From contig CAVETY010000007.1 of assembly GCA_963618945.1 (NCBI GenBank), positions 4,486 through 68,485 of the forward strand: 64,000 nt of DNA. The letters are read 5' to 3'. Shown one piece after another: positions 17,486 to 27,749 of this stretch (within the stretch, counting starts at the first letter, position 1; each line of letters begins with the position of its first letter). The DNA is from Bacteroidaceae bacterium (GTDB lineage Bacteria; Bacteroidota; Bacteroidia; Bacteroidales; Marinilabiliaceae). The notes under the pieces are model-generated. The model made no database searches. It worked only from the letters and a program-made list of their open reading frames with translations, and was not told the origin of the DNA. The position numbers and the translations under genes were made by a program.

Positions 17486-18757
17486 ATGCTACCTTTGGCA
17501 GAAAGGATGCGTCCGACGACGCTGGAGGATTACGTAGGTCAGAGTCATCTGATAGGTGAGGGCGCCATATTGCGCAGGATGATAGACCATGGCAACATCA
17601 CGTCCATCATCTTATGGGGGCCTCCCGGCGTTGGCAAGACGACCTTGGCGAAAATCATATCTCACAAGCTTGAGCGCCCGTTCTATACGCTTTCGGCTAT
17701 AAATTCGGGCGTGAAAGATGTTCGAGACGTCATAGAGAAAGCCAAGCAAGGGCGTTTTTTCAATCCGTCGGCACCACTGCTCTTTATTGACGAGATACAC
17801 AGATTCAGCAAGAGCCAACAAGATTCATTGTTAGCTGCCGTTGAAGAGGGCACCGTCGTTCTAATTGGCGCGACAACCGAGAACCCTTCATTTGAAGTCA
17901 TATCCCCATTGCTGAGCAGGTGTCAGGTCTACGTCCTCAAATCGCTGGAGCAGGCGGACCTCATGTCGCTGTATGACAGGGCCATCCACACCGACGAGGT
18001 CTTGAAGACCCTAAAATTTGAGCTGGTAGAGGATAATGCCCTGATACGTTTTTCGGGAGGAGACGCACGGAAATTCCTTAACATATTGGAGCTTGTCGTC
18101 AATTCACAGGAGGGGAACGACACCATCATTGTTGATGACAAGCATGTGGTGGACATACTGCAACAGACATCGGCCACGTATGACAAGCAAGGCGAGATGC
18201 ATTACGACATCATATCAGCCTTCATAAAGTCGATACGCGGCTCAGACCCTGATGCGGCCATATATTGGTTGGCAAGAATGATAGAGGGGGGCGAAGACCC
18301 CAAATTCATTGCACGACGCCTGATTATATCAGCAGCGGAAGACATAGGACTTGCCAACCCCAACGCACTGCTGATGGCGAACCAGGCATTTGACGCCGTT
18401 AATAAGATTGGTTGGCCAGAGGGACGAATAATCTTAGCAGAGGCGACAGTATACTTGGCGACCTCGGCGAAGAGCAACGCCTCATATAACGCAATCAACC
18501 AAGCACTTTCGTGCGTGAAGCAAACGGGCGACCTGCCTGTTCCACTGCATTTGCGGAATGCCCCCACAAAGTTGATGAAACAACTGAATTATGGCAGCGA
18601 TTACAAATACGCACATGATTATCCAGGACATTTCGTAGAGCAGCAATACATGCCTGACGCATTGTCATCCACACGCTTCTATTTTGAGCAAGACAACCCA
18701 TCGGAGGCCAAAATCGCAGAACGAATGCGCATGTTATGGTCTGGCAAAAAAGGGTGA
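17486..18757 (+). CDS. rarA: Replication-associated recombination protein A (AAA+ ATPase)
   Basis: Walker A GPPGVGKTTLA, Walker B LFIDEIHRF, and an MgsA C-terminal domain (DPDAAIYWLARMIEGGEDP). Confidence 0.95.
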   Translation: MLPLAERMRPTTLEDYVGQSHLIGEGAILRRMIDHGNITSIILWGPPGVGKTTLAKIISHKLERPFYTLSAINSGVKDVRDVIEKAKQGRFFNPSAPLLFIDEIHRFSKSQQDSLLAAVEEGTVVLIGATTENPSFEVISPLLSRCQVYVLKSLEQADLMSLYDRAIHTDEVLKTLKFELVEDNALIRFSGGDARKFLNILELVVNSQEGNDTIIVDDKHVVDILQQTSATYDKQGEMHYDIISAFIKSIRGSDPDAAIYWLARMIEGGEDPKFIARRLIISAAEDIGLANPNALLMANQAFDAVNKIGWPEGRIILAEATVYLATSAKSNASYNAINQALSCVKQTGDLPVPLHLRNAPTKLMKQLNYGSDYKYAHDYPGHFVEQQYMPDALSSTRFYFEQDNPSEAKIAERMRMLWSGKKG

Positions 18758-18801
18758 TATAGTTTCACGACAGAAAACAAAAGAACAACAACAGTAAAAA
18801 G

Positions 18802-19761
18802 ATGTCCAGCAATTTACGCGGCTATATGTACGCCGCGCTGTCATCAGCAAGTTATGGAGTAAACGCATTCGCAGTGTTGCTATACGCCTGCGGACTAACG
18901 ACAAACTCAGTACTTTTTTATCGCTACTTTTTCGCAAGCCTCATAATGGGCTGCATCCTCTTGGTGAAGAGGGAAGGATTTAAGCTGACACTTAAAGAGT
19001 TGGCATTGGTTTGCCCCATGGGCATGCTATTCGCATACTCATCATGGTCACTATTTGAGGCGTACAAATACATGGGCGTTTCATTATCCGCCACCGTGCT
19101 GTTCGTCTATCCCGCCATGGTCGCAATGCTTATGTGGGCCTTTTTCCGCGAGAAGCCAGGCAAAGTCACCCTTTTTGCAATCCCCATAGTGTTCATGGGA
19201 ATAGTCTTGCTTGACTGGGAAGGTATAATGAGCGGGACATCATCATTGGTGGGCATGTTGATAGTCTTGTCATCATCACTGAGCTACGCCGTGTACATGG
19301 TAGTCGTGCAGAAAAGTTGCCTAAGCCAGATGCCCTCATCAAAGCTCAGCTTCTACTCACTGCTTTTCGGCTTCCTGTACTACATCATCGTCACCAAGTT
19401 TTGCACAGAAGTCCAGCCTCTTGAGTCAACGAGAGAGTGGGCTGTCGTTTTGGCCTTGGCAATGTTCCCATCGCTTATATCCGTGTCCTCAATGGCAGTG
19501 GCAATAAAACTTGTGGGATCAACAGCGACGGCTGTACTTGGCGCCTTTGAACCAATAGCATCAGTCCTTATAGGCGTGTGCCTTTATGGAGAGCGCCCGG
19601 CACCATTGTCATGGGTAGGCATGGTCGTGATATTGCTATCAGTCACGGCCGTTGTGGCGCAAAACAGAATAGTAAGAATAGGCGGTAAATTCATCGGATA
19701 CGTAAAAAAACATATACATAGGGGACATACGCAAAAACAAGTCCCAGAAGAAGAAAAATAA
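18802..19761 (+). CDS. DMT (EamA-like) family transporter
   Basis: A 10-TM-like hydrophobic profile consistent with two EamA halves. Confidence 0.75.
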   Translation: MSSNLRGYMYAALSSASYGVNAFAVLLYACGLTTNSVLFYRYFFASLIMGCILLVKREGFKLTLKELALVCPMGMLFAYSSWSLFEAYKYMGVSLSATVLFVYPAMVAMLMWAFFREKPGKVTLFAIPIVFMGIVLLDWEGIMSGTSSLVGMLIVLSSSLSYAVYMVVVQKSCLSQMPSSKLSFYSLLFGFLYYIIVTKFCTEVQPLESTREWAVVLALAMFPSLISVSSMAVAIKLVGSTATAVLGAFEPIASVLIGVCLYGERPAPLSWVGMVVILLSVTAVVAQNRIVRIGGKFIGYVKKHIHRGHTQKQVPEEEK

Positions 19762-19767
19762 AAACAG

Positions 19768-20691
19768 ATGAAACGAGAGGAATTGATGGGGCATGGAGCT
19801 ATATTCGGCGCCAACTTCCTATGGGGCGTGATGTCGCCCATCACTAAACTTGTATTTGCAGGCGGAATTATCACGCCATTCATCCTTGTGGGATTGAGAA
19901 TGGGCGGTGCCGCTATCCTGTTTTGGCTATTCGCACTTTTGACAGGTTATGAGAAAGTGGCGAAAAGAGACATACTCCTTTTCTTCGTGGCGAGCTTGTT
20001 GGGAGTGATATGCAATCAGGGCGTATATACAATAGGATTAAGCATGACCAGCCCTGTTGACGCATCAGTAATCTCGACAAGCACACCGATATTCACCATG
20101 GTCATCGCCGCGTTATACCTGCGCGAACCGATGACGGCCAAGAAAGTTGGCGGAGTCTTGCTTGGAGCGGTTGGCGCTGTCATGCTTGTGCTGAGCGGAG
20201 TAGAGAATGGCGCGGGATTGGGAGGAAGCGCATTAGGCGACGGATTATGCATCTTTGCCGAGTTGTGCTTCGCCAGCTATTTGGTATTCTTCAAAGCCCT
20301 GATTAGCCGCTACTCCCCTATGACCGTCATGCGATGGATGTTCACATGGTCGACACTGATCGCACTGCCTTTCACTTGGAATGACATAACATCAGTGGAC
20401 TATGCATCACTTGACACTCCGACATTGGCAGGTTTGGCCTATATAGTAGTTGTGGCTACATTCGTTTGCTACTTCCTTTCACCTATCGGACAGAAACACC
20501 TTCGCCCGACTGTGGTTAGCATGTATTTCTATGTACAACCAGTGGTAGCAACAATACTTGCGACAATATTGGGTTCTGCCGGCACATTCGGGATTGTGAA
20601 AATCATATCGGTTATCATGATATTCTCGGGAGTATTCCTTGTGATGAACAGCAAGAGCCGGGCTGATGTGGAGAAGGAGGCCAAGCGATAA
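19768..20691 (+). CDS. DMT (EamA-like) family transporter, tandem paralogue
   Basis: Polytopic ORF similar in layout to the upstream gene, separated from it by 6 nt. Confidence 0.75.
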   Translation: MKREELMGHGAIFGANFLWGVMSPITKLVFAGGIITPFILVGLRMGGAAILFWLFALLTGYEKVAKRDILLFFVASLLGVICNQGVYTIGLSMTSPVDASVISTSTPIFTMVIAALYLREPMTAKKVGGVLLGAVGAVMLVLSGVENGAGLGGSALGDGLCIFAELCFASYLVFFKALISRYSPMTVMRWMFTWSTLIALPFTWNDITSVDYASLDTPTLAGLAYIVVVATFVCYFLSPIGQKHLRPTVVSMYFYVQPVVATILATILGSAGTFGIVKIISVIMIFSGVFLVMNSKSRADVEKEAKR

Positions 20692-20731
20692 AATTGTCTC
20701 TTTGCCGAGAAACATTTTAACGGCATTTGCG

Positions 20732-20739
20732 TATATTTG
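20732..20739 (+). promoter_or_regulatory. -7 promoter box TATATTTG upstream of the DUF4332 gene
   Basis: Exact TAnnTTTG match, 28 nt upstream of the ATG at 20767. Confidence 0.45.
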
Positions 20740-20766
20740 TCATAGTTAACTTTCTCATCCAGAACT

Positions 20767-21174
20767 ATGGCATACAAGATTATCGACATCGAGGGCATTG
20801 GCCCTGTGTACGCAGAGAAACTTGAGGCGATTGGCATCAAGACTACTGATGACTTGCTGGAGCGCGGAAAAACTCCGACCGGTCGCAAAAAGATAGCCGA
20901 AGAAACCGGCATCTCAGGCAAACTCGTCTTGACGTGGGTAAACCACTCAGACCTTTTCCGCATCAAGGGGGTCGCAGGTCAGTTCGCCGAACTCTTAGAG
21001 GCAGCTGGCGTTGACACAGTCAAAGAGTTCCGCCACCGAGTAGCAGCCAATCTGAAAGCGAAGATGGACGAGGTTAATGCTCAGAAGAACTTGTGCAACA
21101 GGGTTCCATCCGAGAGCGAGATTGAGAAAATGATAGAGCAAGCCAAAGAGCTTGAGCCTATTGTAACGTATTAG
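20767..21174 (+). CDS. DUF4332 domain-containing protein
   Basis: MAYKIIDIEGIGPVYAEKLEAIGIKTTDDLL and LFRIKGVAGQFAELLEAAGVDTV form helix-hairpin-helix-like repeats characteristic of DUF4332. Confidence 0.75.
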   Translation: MAYKIIDIEGIGPVYAEKLEAIGIKTTDDLLERGKTPTGRKKIAEETGISGKLVLTWVNHSDLFRIKGVAGQFAELLEAAGVDTVKEFRHRVAANLKAKMDEVNAQKNLCNRVPSESEIEKMIEQAKELEPIVTY

Positions 21175-21207
21175 GGCAAAGAAGAGAAGTTGCTCTTTAC
21201 GACACAA

Positions 21208-21254
21208 GGGGTCACGCCGACCGTCATCAGACACGGGGTTGCGTGACCCCTTTT
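21208..21254 (+). terminator. Rho-independent terminator after the DUF4332 gene
   Basis: Perfect 10-bp stem ggggtcacgc / gcgtgacccc followed by TTTT. Confidence 0.6.
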
Positions 21255-21298
21255 CCGTATTTTCTGAGACACTTACATCTAAAAATCAACGATAAACC

Positions 21299-22561
21299 AT
21301 GGTAAAAGTTCGCCCATTCAAAGGCCTGCGCCCACAAAAAGAACTTGTAGAACGAGTATCCTGCCTCCCATATGACGTAATGAACAGCGAAGAGGCTGCC
21401 CAAATGTCAAAGGGTGACGAGGTGAGCCTTTTAAACATTACAAGAGCCGAGATTTGCTGCCCCAAAGGGACAGACATCCATTCTGAAACAGTATATACTA
21501 AAGCATTAGAGAACTTCACTAAAGCCCAGAGCAACAACTGGCTCAAGCAAGATTCCACACCATGCTATTACGTGTATGAGCAAGTAATGAATGGTCGTCA
21601 TCAGACTGGAATTGTTGGCGCCGCCTCATGCTCTGACTATAAAAATGGCCTGATAAAGAAACACGAGCTGACGCGTCCGGACAAAGAAGAGGACCGCATG
21701 GTGCTCACAAGAAAGCTGCACGCCAACATAGAACCCGTTTTCTTGGCCTACAAAGCTGTTCCTGAAATAGACAAAATTGTGTCGGGAGTCATGGCTGGGC
21801 CAGCAGAATATGACTTTGTTTCAGAGGACGGGATTGCGCATAAGCTGTGGGTTATTTCTGACGCAGCCACCGTTAACGAGATAGAACGCCTTTTCTCGAC
21901 AAAAGTGGAGGCGACATATGTTGCTGACGGTCACCACAGGACGGCGGCGGCAGGCCGAATCGGCGATGAATTTGCCCGTCAGAACCCGAAGCACACGGGC
22001 GAGGAGAATTACAACTTCTTCATGGCCGTGATTTTCCCTGACAGCCAGTTACGCATAATGGACTACAACCGAGTCGTGAAGGACTTGAATGGCATGACCA
22101 ATAGTGAGCTTCTTGAAAAACTTGGGAAGGTCATGACCGTGGAGAAAGTGGGGGCTGAGGAATATCGACCCAGCAAATTGCACGAATTCTCCATGTACCT
22201 TGGCGGCGATTGGTATAAACTGACAGCTAAAACCGGGACATATAATGACAATGACCCTATTGGCGTTTTGGATGTGAGCGTATTGACAGACAACGTGCTG
22301 AAACCGATATTGGGCATTGAGGACATGCGCACGTCGCAAAGGATCGACTTCGTCGGTGGAATTAGGGGATTGGGTGCCTTGAAGCAAAGAGTTGACTCAG
22401 GCGAGGCCGCAGTAGCATTCGCGCTTTACCCTGTCTCCATGAAGCAGCTGATAGACATTGCAGACACAGGCAACATAATGCCACCCAAAACCACATGGTT
22501 TGAGCCCAAACTCAGATCGGGACTTTTCATCAAGAAAGTCGATAATGATATAGAGAGGTAA
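21299..22561 (+). CDS. DUF1015 family protein
   Basis: N-terminal MVKVRPFKGLRPQKELVERVSCLPYDVMNSEEA and YVADGHHR match my memory of DUF1015. Confidence 0.8.
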   Translation: MVKVRPFKGLRPQKELVERVSCLPYDVMNSEEAAQMSKGDEVSLLNITRAEICCPKGTDIHSETVYTKALENFTKAQSNNWLKQDSTPCYYVYEQVMNGRHQTGIVGAASCSDYKNGLIKKHELTRPDKEEDRMVLTRKLHANIEPVFLAYKAVPEIDKIVSGVMAGPAEYDFVSEDGIAHKLWVISDAATVNEIERLFSTKVEATYVADGHHRTAAAGRIGDEFARQNPKHTGEENYNFFMAVIFPDSQLRIMDYNRVVKDLNGMTNSELLEKLGKVMTVEKVGAEEYRPSKLHEFSMYLGGDWYKLTAKTGTYNDNDPIGVLDVSVLTDNVLKPILGIEDMRTSQRIDFVGGIRGLGALKQRVDSGEAAVAFALYPVSMKQLIDIADTGNIMPPKTTWFEPKLRSGLFIKKVDNDIER

Positions 22562-22659
22562 GTTTTCATACAGAAAGTCAACATATACGCTGACAAAAAG
22601 ACTCTAATAAGACGACAAATTAACTTAAGGCATAAAAAACAACGAGGACATATTTTAGT

Positions 22660-22667
22660 TATATTTG
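22660..22667 (+). promoter_or_regulatory. -7 promoter box TATATTTG upstream of yggS
   Basis: Exact TAnnTTTG match, 31 nt upstream of the ATG at 22698. Confidence 0.45.
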
Positions 22668-22697
22668 CATAAGTGCGAACAGAGCACACCAAAAGAA

Positions 22698-23384
22698 ATG
22701 ACATCTATACAAGCAGCCATAGCATCAATAAAGTCAGAATTGCCGGAAAGCGTCCACCTGATTGCAGTGTCAAAGACTCACCCTGCCGAATATATCAAAG
22801 AGGCATATGAGGTTGGCCAACGCGACTTTGGCGAGAACAAAGTCCAAGAGATGACAGAGAAGGCGGAAGCATTGCCTACTGACATAAGATGGCACATGAT
22901 TGGCCACCTGCAGACCAACAAGGTGAAATATATGGCTCGCTATGTCTATATGATACACTCTATAGACAGTCCGAAACTCCTTGAGACAGTGAACAAAGAG
23001 GCGCAGAAGGCAGGCAGGACGATAAAGTGCCTGCTTCAGGTTCATGTGGCCAAAGAGGAGACAAAATTCGGATTTGCACCTGAGGCCTTGTTGAGTTTCC
23101 TTGACGAGGGAAGCTACAAACAACTCTCTAACGTATCGATTTGCGGATTGATGGCCATGGCCACGAACACCGAAGACGAGAGAGAGGTGGAGTGTGAATT
23201 TGAATTGGCGCGCAAGTTGTTCGAAGATGTCAAAAAGCGGTATTTTGCGGAAAACCCCGAGTTCAAAGAGCTCAGCATGGGCATGTCTGGCGATTATGCC
23301 ATAGCTATGAAACATGGTTCGACCTACGTCAGAATAGGAAGTAAAATATTTGGTCAACGCGACTACTCGAAAGTCGAAAAATAA
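22698..23384 (+). CDS. yggS: YggS-family pyridoxal-phosphate homeostasis protein
   Basis: LIAVSKTHP (PLP lysine), FGENKVQE, WHMIGHLQTNK and LSMGMSGD. Start placed at ATG 22698. Confidence 0.9.
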   Translation: MTSIQAAIASIKSELPESVHLIAVSKTHPAEYIKEAYEVGQRDFGENKVQEMTEKAEALPTDIRWHMIGHLQTNKVKYMARYVYMIHSIDSPKLLETVNKEAQKAGRTIKCLLQVHVAKEETKFGFAPEALLSFLDEGSYKQLSNVSICGLMAMATNTEDEREVECEFELARKLFEDVKKRYFAENPEFKELSMGMSGDYAIAMKHGSTYVRIGSKIFGQRDYSKVEK

Positions 23385-23399
23385 CGACAACAAAAGAAT

Positions 23400-24317
23400 A
23401 TGAGATACACCCTCATTGCCGTCGCATCGGCAACTCTCTCTTTGGGAATGAGTTCGTGCATGCGCAACCAGACGACTCAGAATTATGAAGACAGCATGGC
23501 CACCGAACAACCAGAAAATGGAAGTACGATGGAGGATGACATGAACAAGTCAAAGACAATCCTTTACACGCTGCCGACACCAATAGAGATGGCCTCGCTT
23601 GTCAAGGAGACAGGAGTGCGGTTTGATGACCAAATCCTCTCACAACTGGACCAGGCGGACAAGTATGCCACCAATGTTAAGATGGCCCTTAATTTGGGAG
23701 TATACACGGCTGACATGAGTTTTGCCGGGATGTTCAACCAATCACAAAGAATGGTTGACTATCTGAACACAATCAATGGATTAACCAAGAAACTGGGCAT
23801 TGTCAATATACTTGATGAGGGAACAGTAGCAAGGCTTGAGAACTCAGAGATGACACGTAAAGAGGCTCTTAATGTGATTTCTGAGGTCTACATGAACGCT
23901 AACCAGAATCTCAAAGAGAACAACAGACGAAACATTGCCACCATTGTAATGGCAGGCGGATGGGTTGAAGGTCTGTATATCGCTCTCAATCTGGTAAACC
24001 CCGACAAGTTGAACAAGGATCTCGTTGGCCGCATTGTCTCACAAAAATTGGCGATGGCTACCATGCTCAATATAATCGAGACACAAGACCCGGGGAACAC
24101 CGATGCCGACCTCAAGTTTGTAAAAGAGAAAATGGAAGAGATAAATGAGGCATTTTCATCTGTTGAGGTTGAGATGACGGGTAGAGTTTCCGCTATTACA
24201 GACCCTGAGACACATACGACTTCAATAAAAGCCAACACGAAAGGAGATCTTGACAAAGAGACCCTGCTCGCACTGAAAGCAAAGGTCTCAGAGGTAAGGG
24301 ATGAGTTTGTCAAGTAG
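23400..24317 (+). CDS. Hypothetical lipoprotein
   Basis: Lipoprotein signal MRYTLIAVASATLSLGMSSC. The body is helical and I recognise no family. Confidence 0.6.
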   Translation: MRYTLIAVASATLSLGMSSCMRNQTTQNYEDSMATEQPENGSTMEDDMNKSKTILYTLPTPIEMASLVKETGVRFDDQILSQLDQADKYATNVKMALNLGVYTADMSFAGMFNQSQRMVDYLNTINGLTKKLGIVNILDEGTVARLENSEMTRKEALNVISEVYMNANQNLKENNRRNIATIVMAGGWVEGLYIALNLVNPDKLNKDLVGRIVSQKLAMATMLNIIETQDPGNTDADLKFVKEKMEEINEAFSSVEVEMTGRVSAITDPETHTTSIKANTKGDLDKETLLALKAKVSEVRDEFVK

Positions 24318-24346
24318 ACTCACCTTGACATAAAAGACACAATTGC

Positions 24347-24385
24347 ACGCCTGCGCCCGGCATAGCAAAACCGAAGCGCAGGCGT
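24347..24385 (+). terminator. Hairpin after the lipoprotein gene (weak terminator)
   Basis: 10-bp stem acgcctgcgc / gcgcaggcgt. The T-tract is poor (agctatttat). Confidence 0.35.
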
Positions 24386-24411
24386 AGCTATTTATAAAAC
24401 ACAACAAAGAA

Positions 24412-26214
24412 ATGCCAGAAAAAAAGAGAACAGAGATTGAGGACCAATACAAGTGGGACCTCACACCACTCTACCCCACCATTGACGATTGGCGCAAAGA
24501 GAAGGACGATCTGACGAAACAACTTCAGAATATTCGCAATTACAAAGGACGGATTGGCGAATCTGCGGCCACCCTGTTAGAATTTATGCGAATGAATAGC
24601 GAGTACGACAAGACTTTGTCCCGCTTATACATATACACCACTTTACAGTCAGACGAAGATGTCAGTAATGCAGACAACATAGCCTTGACGAAGGAGATGG
24701 AGCAGGTTTGCGTCATATATGACGAGCTTTCTGACTTTGTGCGTTCCGAGATGGCCTCTATTTCTGACGAGACGTATTCGAAATACATGGCTGAGGAGCC
24801 TGGGTTGAAGGAATATGGGATGGACATAGACGTCATCTGTCGTCAAAAGCCTCACACCCTATCAGACAAAGAGGAGATATTGCTATCTAAAATGAGCTTA
24901 TTGGGCGACACACCGACCAGCGCATTTAATATTTTCTCTGATGCTGAGATGCCCCACCCCGAAATCACACTTAAAAGCGGAGAGAAGGTCGAGCTAAGCC
25001 ACTCGATGTTTGGCATTGTGCGAGCATCGTCCGTCCGTGAGGATCGAAAGGCCGCATTTGACGCGTTTTGGGACAACTATAAAAAGTTTGAGGGAACGTT
25101 TGGCGAGTTGATGGGCGGAAAACTGCGCGACAGGGTTTTCTCCGCAAAGGTTCGCAAATACGAATCGGCTCTGGAGGCTGCGCTAAGCGGTAATAAAATT
25201 CCAGTTGGCGTATACCACTCACTGATTGACAATGTCAACCGCAATCTGCCGACCTTCCATCGTTACCTGAATTTGAAAAAGAGACTGTTGGGAGTAGACG
25301 AACTGCATTATTATGACCTTTATGCACCAGCGACTGAGGATGTAGACCTTACATTCACTTATGACGAGGCTAAGGAGTTAGTTCTTGAAGCCATCAAACC
25401 ATTAAAGGAAGACTACGTTGACGTAGTAAAACGTGCATTCGCCGAGAGGTGGATTGATGTTTTCCCAACAGAGAATAAGGCTACCGGCGCATACTCTAAT
25501 GGAGCGGCATATGACGTGCACCCGTATATACTGATGAACTTCGACGGGCGTTATGACAGCGTAGGCACATTGATCCATGAGCTTGGCCATACAATGCAAA
25601 GCTACCTCTCAAACAAGACACAGCCTTACTCATTGCATGACTACACGATTTTCGTGGCAGAGGTTGCGTCAACTTTTAATGAGGCTTTGCTTGACCACCT
25701 GATGCTTGGGAAGTTGAAAGACAAGAAACAACGCATCTCACTGCTCATGAACATGTTGGACGGGTTCAAGGGAACACTTTTCCGTCAAACGCAATTTGCT
25801 GAGTTCCAGTTGGCGGCCCAGGAGAAAGCAGAGCGTGGAGAACCTATTACGGGTAAAGTGCTGTCAGAGATCTATGGTGGCATCACACGCAAATACTATG
25901 GGCATGACAACGGAGTTTGCGTAGTAGATGATAAAGTAGACATAGAGTGGGCGTTTATCCCTCATTTCTACATGGGTTTCTACGTCTACCAATACAGCAC
26001 ATCGTTTGTAGCCTCCCAGGCACTTTCGGAACTCGTACTTAGCGGACGAGAGGGTGCGCTTGAACGTTACAAGACATTCCTTTCCGCAGGACGATCTAAA
26101 TATCCGATAGAGGAGCTTGCAGACGCAGGAGTTGACATGCTATCCAACGAACCTTTTGACCAGTGCATCGGGAAGATGAACAAAATCATGGACATGATTG
26201 AGGAATTGCTGTAG
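24412..26214 (+). CDS. pepF: Oligoendopeptidase F (M3B metallopeptidase)
   Basis: 600 aa with the zinc motif HELGHTM and a downstream EVAS region, in a PepF-like layout. Confidence 0.9.
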   Translation: MPEKKRTEIEDQYKWDLTPLYPTIDDWRKEKDDLTKQLQNIRNYKGRIGESAATLLEFMRMNSEYDKTLSRLYIYTTLQSDEDVSNADNIALTKEMEQVCVIYDELSDFVRSEMASISDETYSKYMAEEPGLKEYGMDIDVICRQKPHTLSDKEEILLSKMSLLGDTPTSAFNIFSDAEMPHPEITLKSGEKVELSHSMFGIVRASSVREDRKAAFDAFWDNYKKFEGTFGELMGGKLRDRVFSAKVRKYESALEAALSGNKIPVGVYHSLIDNVNRNLPTFHRYLNLKKRLLGVDELHYYDLYAPATEDVDLTFTYDEAKELVLEAIKPLKEDYVDVVKRAFAERWIDVFPTENKATGAYSNGAAYDVHPYILMNFDGRYDSVGTLIHELGHTMQSYLSNKTQPYSLHDYTIFVAEVASTFNEALLDHLMLGKLKDKKQRISLLMNMLDGFKGTLFRQTQFAEFQLAAQEKAERGEPITGKVLSEIYGGITRKYYGHDNGVCVVDDKVDIEWAFIPHFYMGFYVYQYSTSFVASQALSELVLSGREGALERYKTFLSAGRSKYPIEELADAGVDMLSNEPFDQCIGKMNKIMDMIEELL

Positions 26215-26235
26215 ACCACCGCAACTTACAAAAAA

Positions 26236-26276
26236 ACAGGCGTCACCCTAAGATTTTCGGGGTGACGCCTGTTTTT
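26236..26276 (+). terminator. Rho-independent terminator after pepF
   Basis: 13-bp perfect stem acaggcgtcaccc / gggtgacgcctgt followed by TTTTT. Confidence 0.75.
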
Positions 26277-26446
26277 GTCTCCACATCATATTCCTTGCAG
26301 ACTGGTATTAGCCGTACAAAGCGTAGGTAATGAAAGCTATGAAACTTATGTTTGACAATATTACCCCACCATTGGGGAGCCTAACTCAAAAACATAGTAT
26401 TACAGTCCAAGTGGATTTGAAGACAACAAGGTGATATACACCAAAT

Positions 26447-26484
26447 AAAAAGAGTCACGCCAACAAAATGGCGTGACTCTTTTT
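26447..26484 (-). terminator. Rho-independent (bidirectional-looking) terminator after the TPR gene
   Basis: Stem aaaaagagtcacgcc / ggcgtgactcttttt, with A/T runs on both sides. Confidence 0.7.
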
Positions 26485-26505
26485 ATTATGTCTTAAGACC
26501 AGCAA

Positions 26506-27693
26506 TTAGTTTGCAGCCTCAAGGTCATTGATTTGCTGGGTAACCTCCTTATTCTTTTCGAACATCTCAAGAATGTAGGTAATCCTCTTGAGGTTGGTGA
26601 GAACCTCGAGCTTCTGCTGCTTGTCAGGAGCGATTTTAGCAGCCGTCTCGAAGAAAGGCACAGACTTAGCAAAAGAATCGTTAGCCTCCTTCATCATGGC
26701 GTTATACTTGTTGATGTCACGCTCTGCACTCGCATCCTGCTTGATCTTGAGACCAGAGTTGTAGTAGACAATAGCGAGGTTATAGGTTGAGCCAAAGTGA
26801 TTTGGGTCAATGCTGATAGCCTTCTTATAGTCAGCCTCTGCATCGCTGTAGCTGGTGCTCTCATTGAGGCAACCACGAGCGAAGAAATACTGAGCGTTGT
26901 TTGGATCCTTCTCAATGGCATTGTTCAAGTATACGAGAGCCTCGTCATTCTTGTGAGCCTGGAGGTAGTAGTTAATCAAGGTATTGATGATGTCAGATAC
27001 CTGGGGATAAGCCTCGAAAGCCTCCTTGAGAGTACTCTCAACATTGGCAGAGTCCTTAAGCTGCTCATAGCAATACTTAGCACGGAGATAAGCCATAGAG
27101 CCGTCGCTATCCTTGCCGGCAGTCTTGGTGTAGAGACGGGCCGTCTTGAGGAAGTAAGGAGCGCCTACAGCCCAATTCTCAGCCTGCATGCTGACAATAC
27201 CGATGTTGGAGTAGAGTGCGGTATCAGCGACCTGCTCAGCAGCCTGATTCTCAAACCATTCGCAAGCGAGGAAAGCATCAAGGCTCTTGTTGTAGTCCTT
27301 GTTGTTGAAGCTCTGGCCTGCGAGGCTCTCGGTGAGATCGCGATACTCAGCACGAGCCTTCTCGATCTTCTTGGCAGCCTTGCCTACCTTCTTGCCCTTA
27401 GGACCACCCTGAGCGTCAAGCTCCTTAGCCTTGGTGAAATACTCCTTAGCCTTGGCGATTCCATCCTCAGCCTTACCTTGAGCCGCAAGAGTGAGGTAAA
27501 TCTTTGAGGCTACAAGATATGTGTTGGGCTCCTCGTTTGACTTTTCGTTCTGCAGGGCCTCGTCGATGTCAGACTTAGCAGCATCATACCTCTGGAGAAT
27601 GAGGTTATTCTCGGCACTGTTGACCTTGCTTGACTGTGCCGAAGCCGAGAGGCCCGCAAGAGCCAATCCCGCCAAAATGATAACTTTTTTCAT
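26506..27693 (-). CDS. Secreted tetratricopeptide-repeat protein
   Basis: Signal peptide MKKVIILAGLALAGLSASAQS, then repeated TPR-like helical pairs (AEADYKKAISIDPNH, ALVYLNNAIEKDPNN). Confidence 0.75.
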   Translation of the reverse strand: MKKVIILAGLALAGLSASAQSSKVNSAENNLILQRYDAAKSDIDEALQNEKSNEEPNTYLVASKIYLTLAAQGKAEDGIAKAKEYFTKAKELDAQGGPKGKKVGKAAKKIEKARAEYRDLTESLAGQSFNNKDYNKSLDAFLACEWFENQAAEQVADTALYSNIGIVSMQAENWAVGAPYFLKTARLYTKTAGKDSDGSMAYLRAKYCYEQLKDSANVESTLKEAFEAYPQVSDIINTLINYYLQAHKNDEALVYLNNAIEKDPNNAQYFFARGCLNESTSYSDAEADYKKAISIDPNHFGSTYNLAIVYYNSGLKIKQDASAERDINKYNAMMKEANDSFAKSVPFFETAAKIAPDKQQKLEVLTNLKRITYILEMFEKNKEVTQQINDLEAAN

Positions 27694-27749
27694 TTTGAGT
27701 TTACTTGTTTTTCTTGATTTTGTTTAGTGGACAAGAAGAGGTGACTTGT

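Noticed and set aside
22770-23510. 246-aa minus-strand ORF overlapping yggS
   Set aside because: It is antisense to a gene with clear YggS motifs, and the surrounding 13 kb is uniformly plus-strand. It has no motif or promoter support.
26277-26446. Convergent gap between pepF and the TPR gene, considered for a dif/XerCD site or small RNA
   Set aside because: There is no imperfect palindrome of the dif type, and no promoter box plus terminator pair framing a transcript. There are only two separate terminators, one for each flanking gene.
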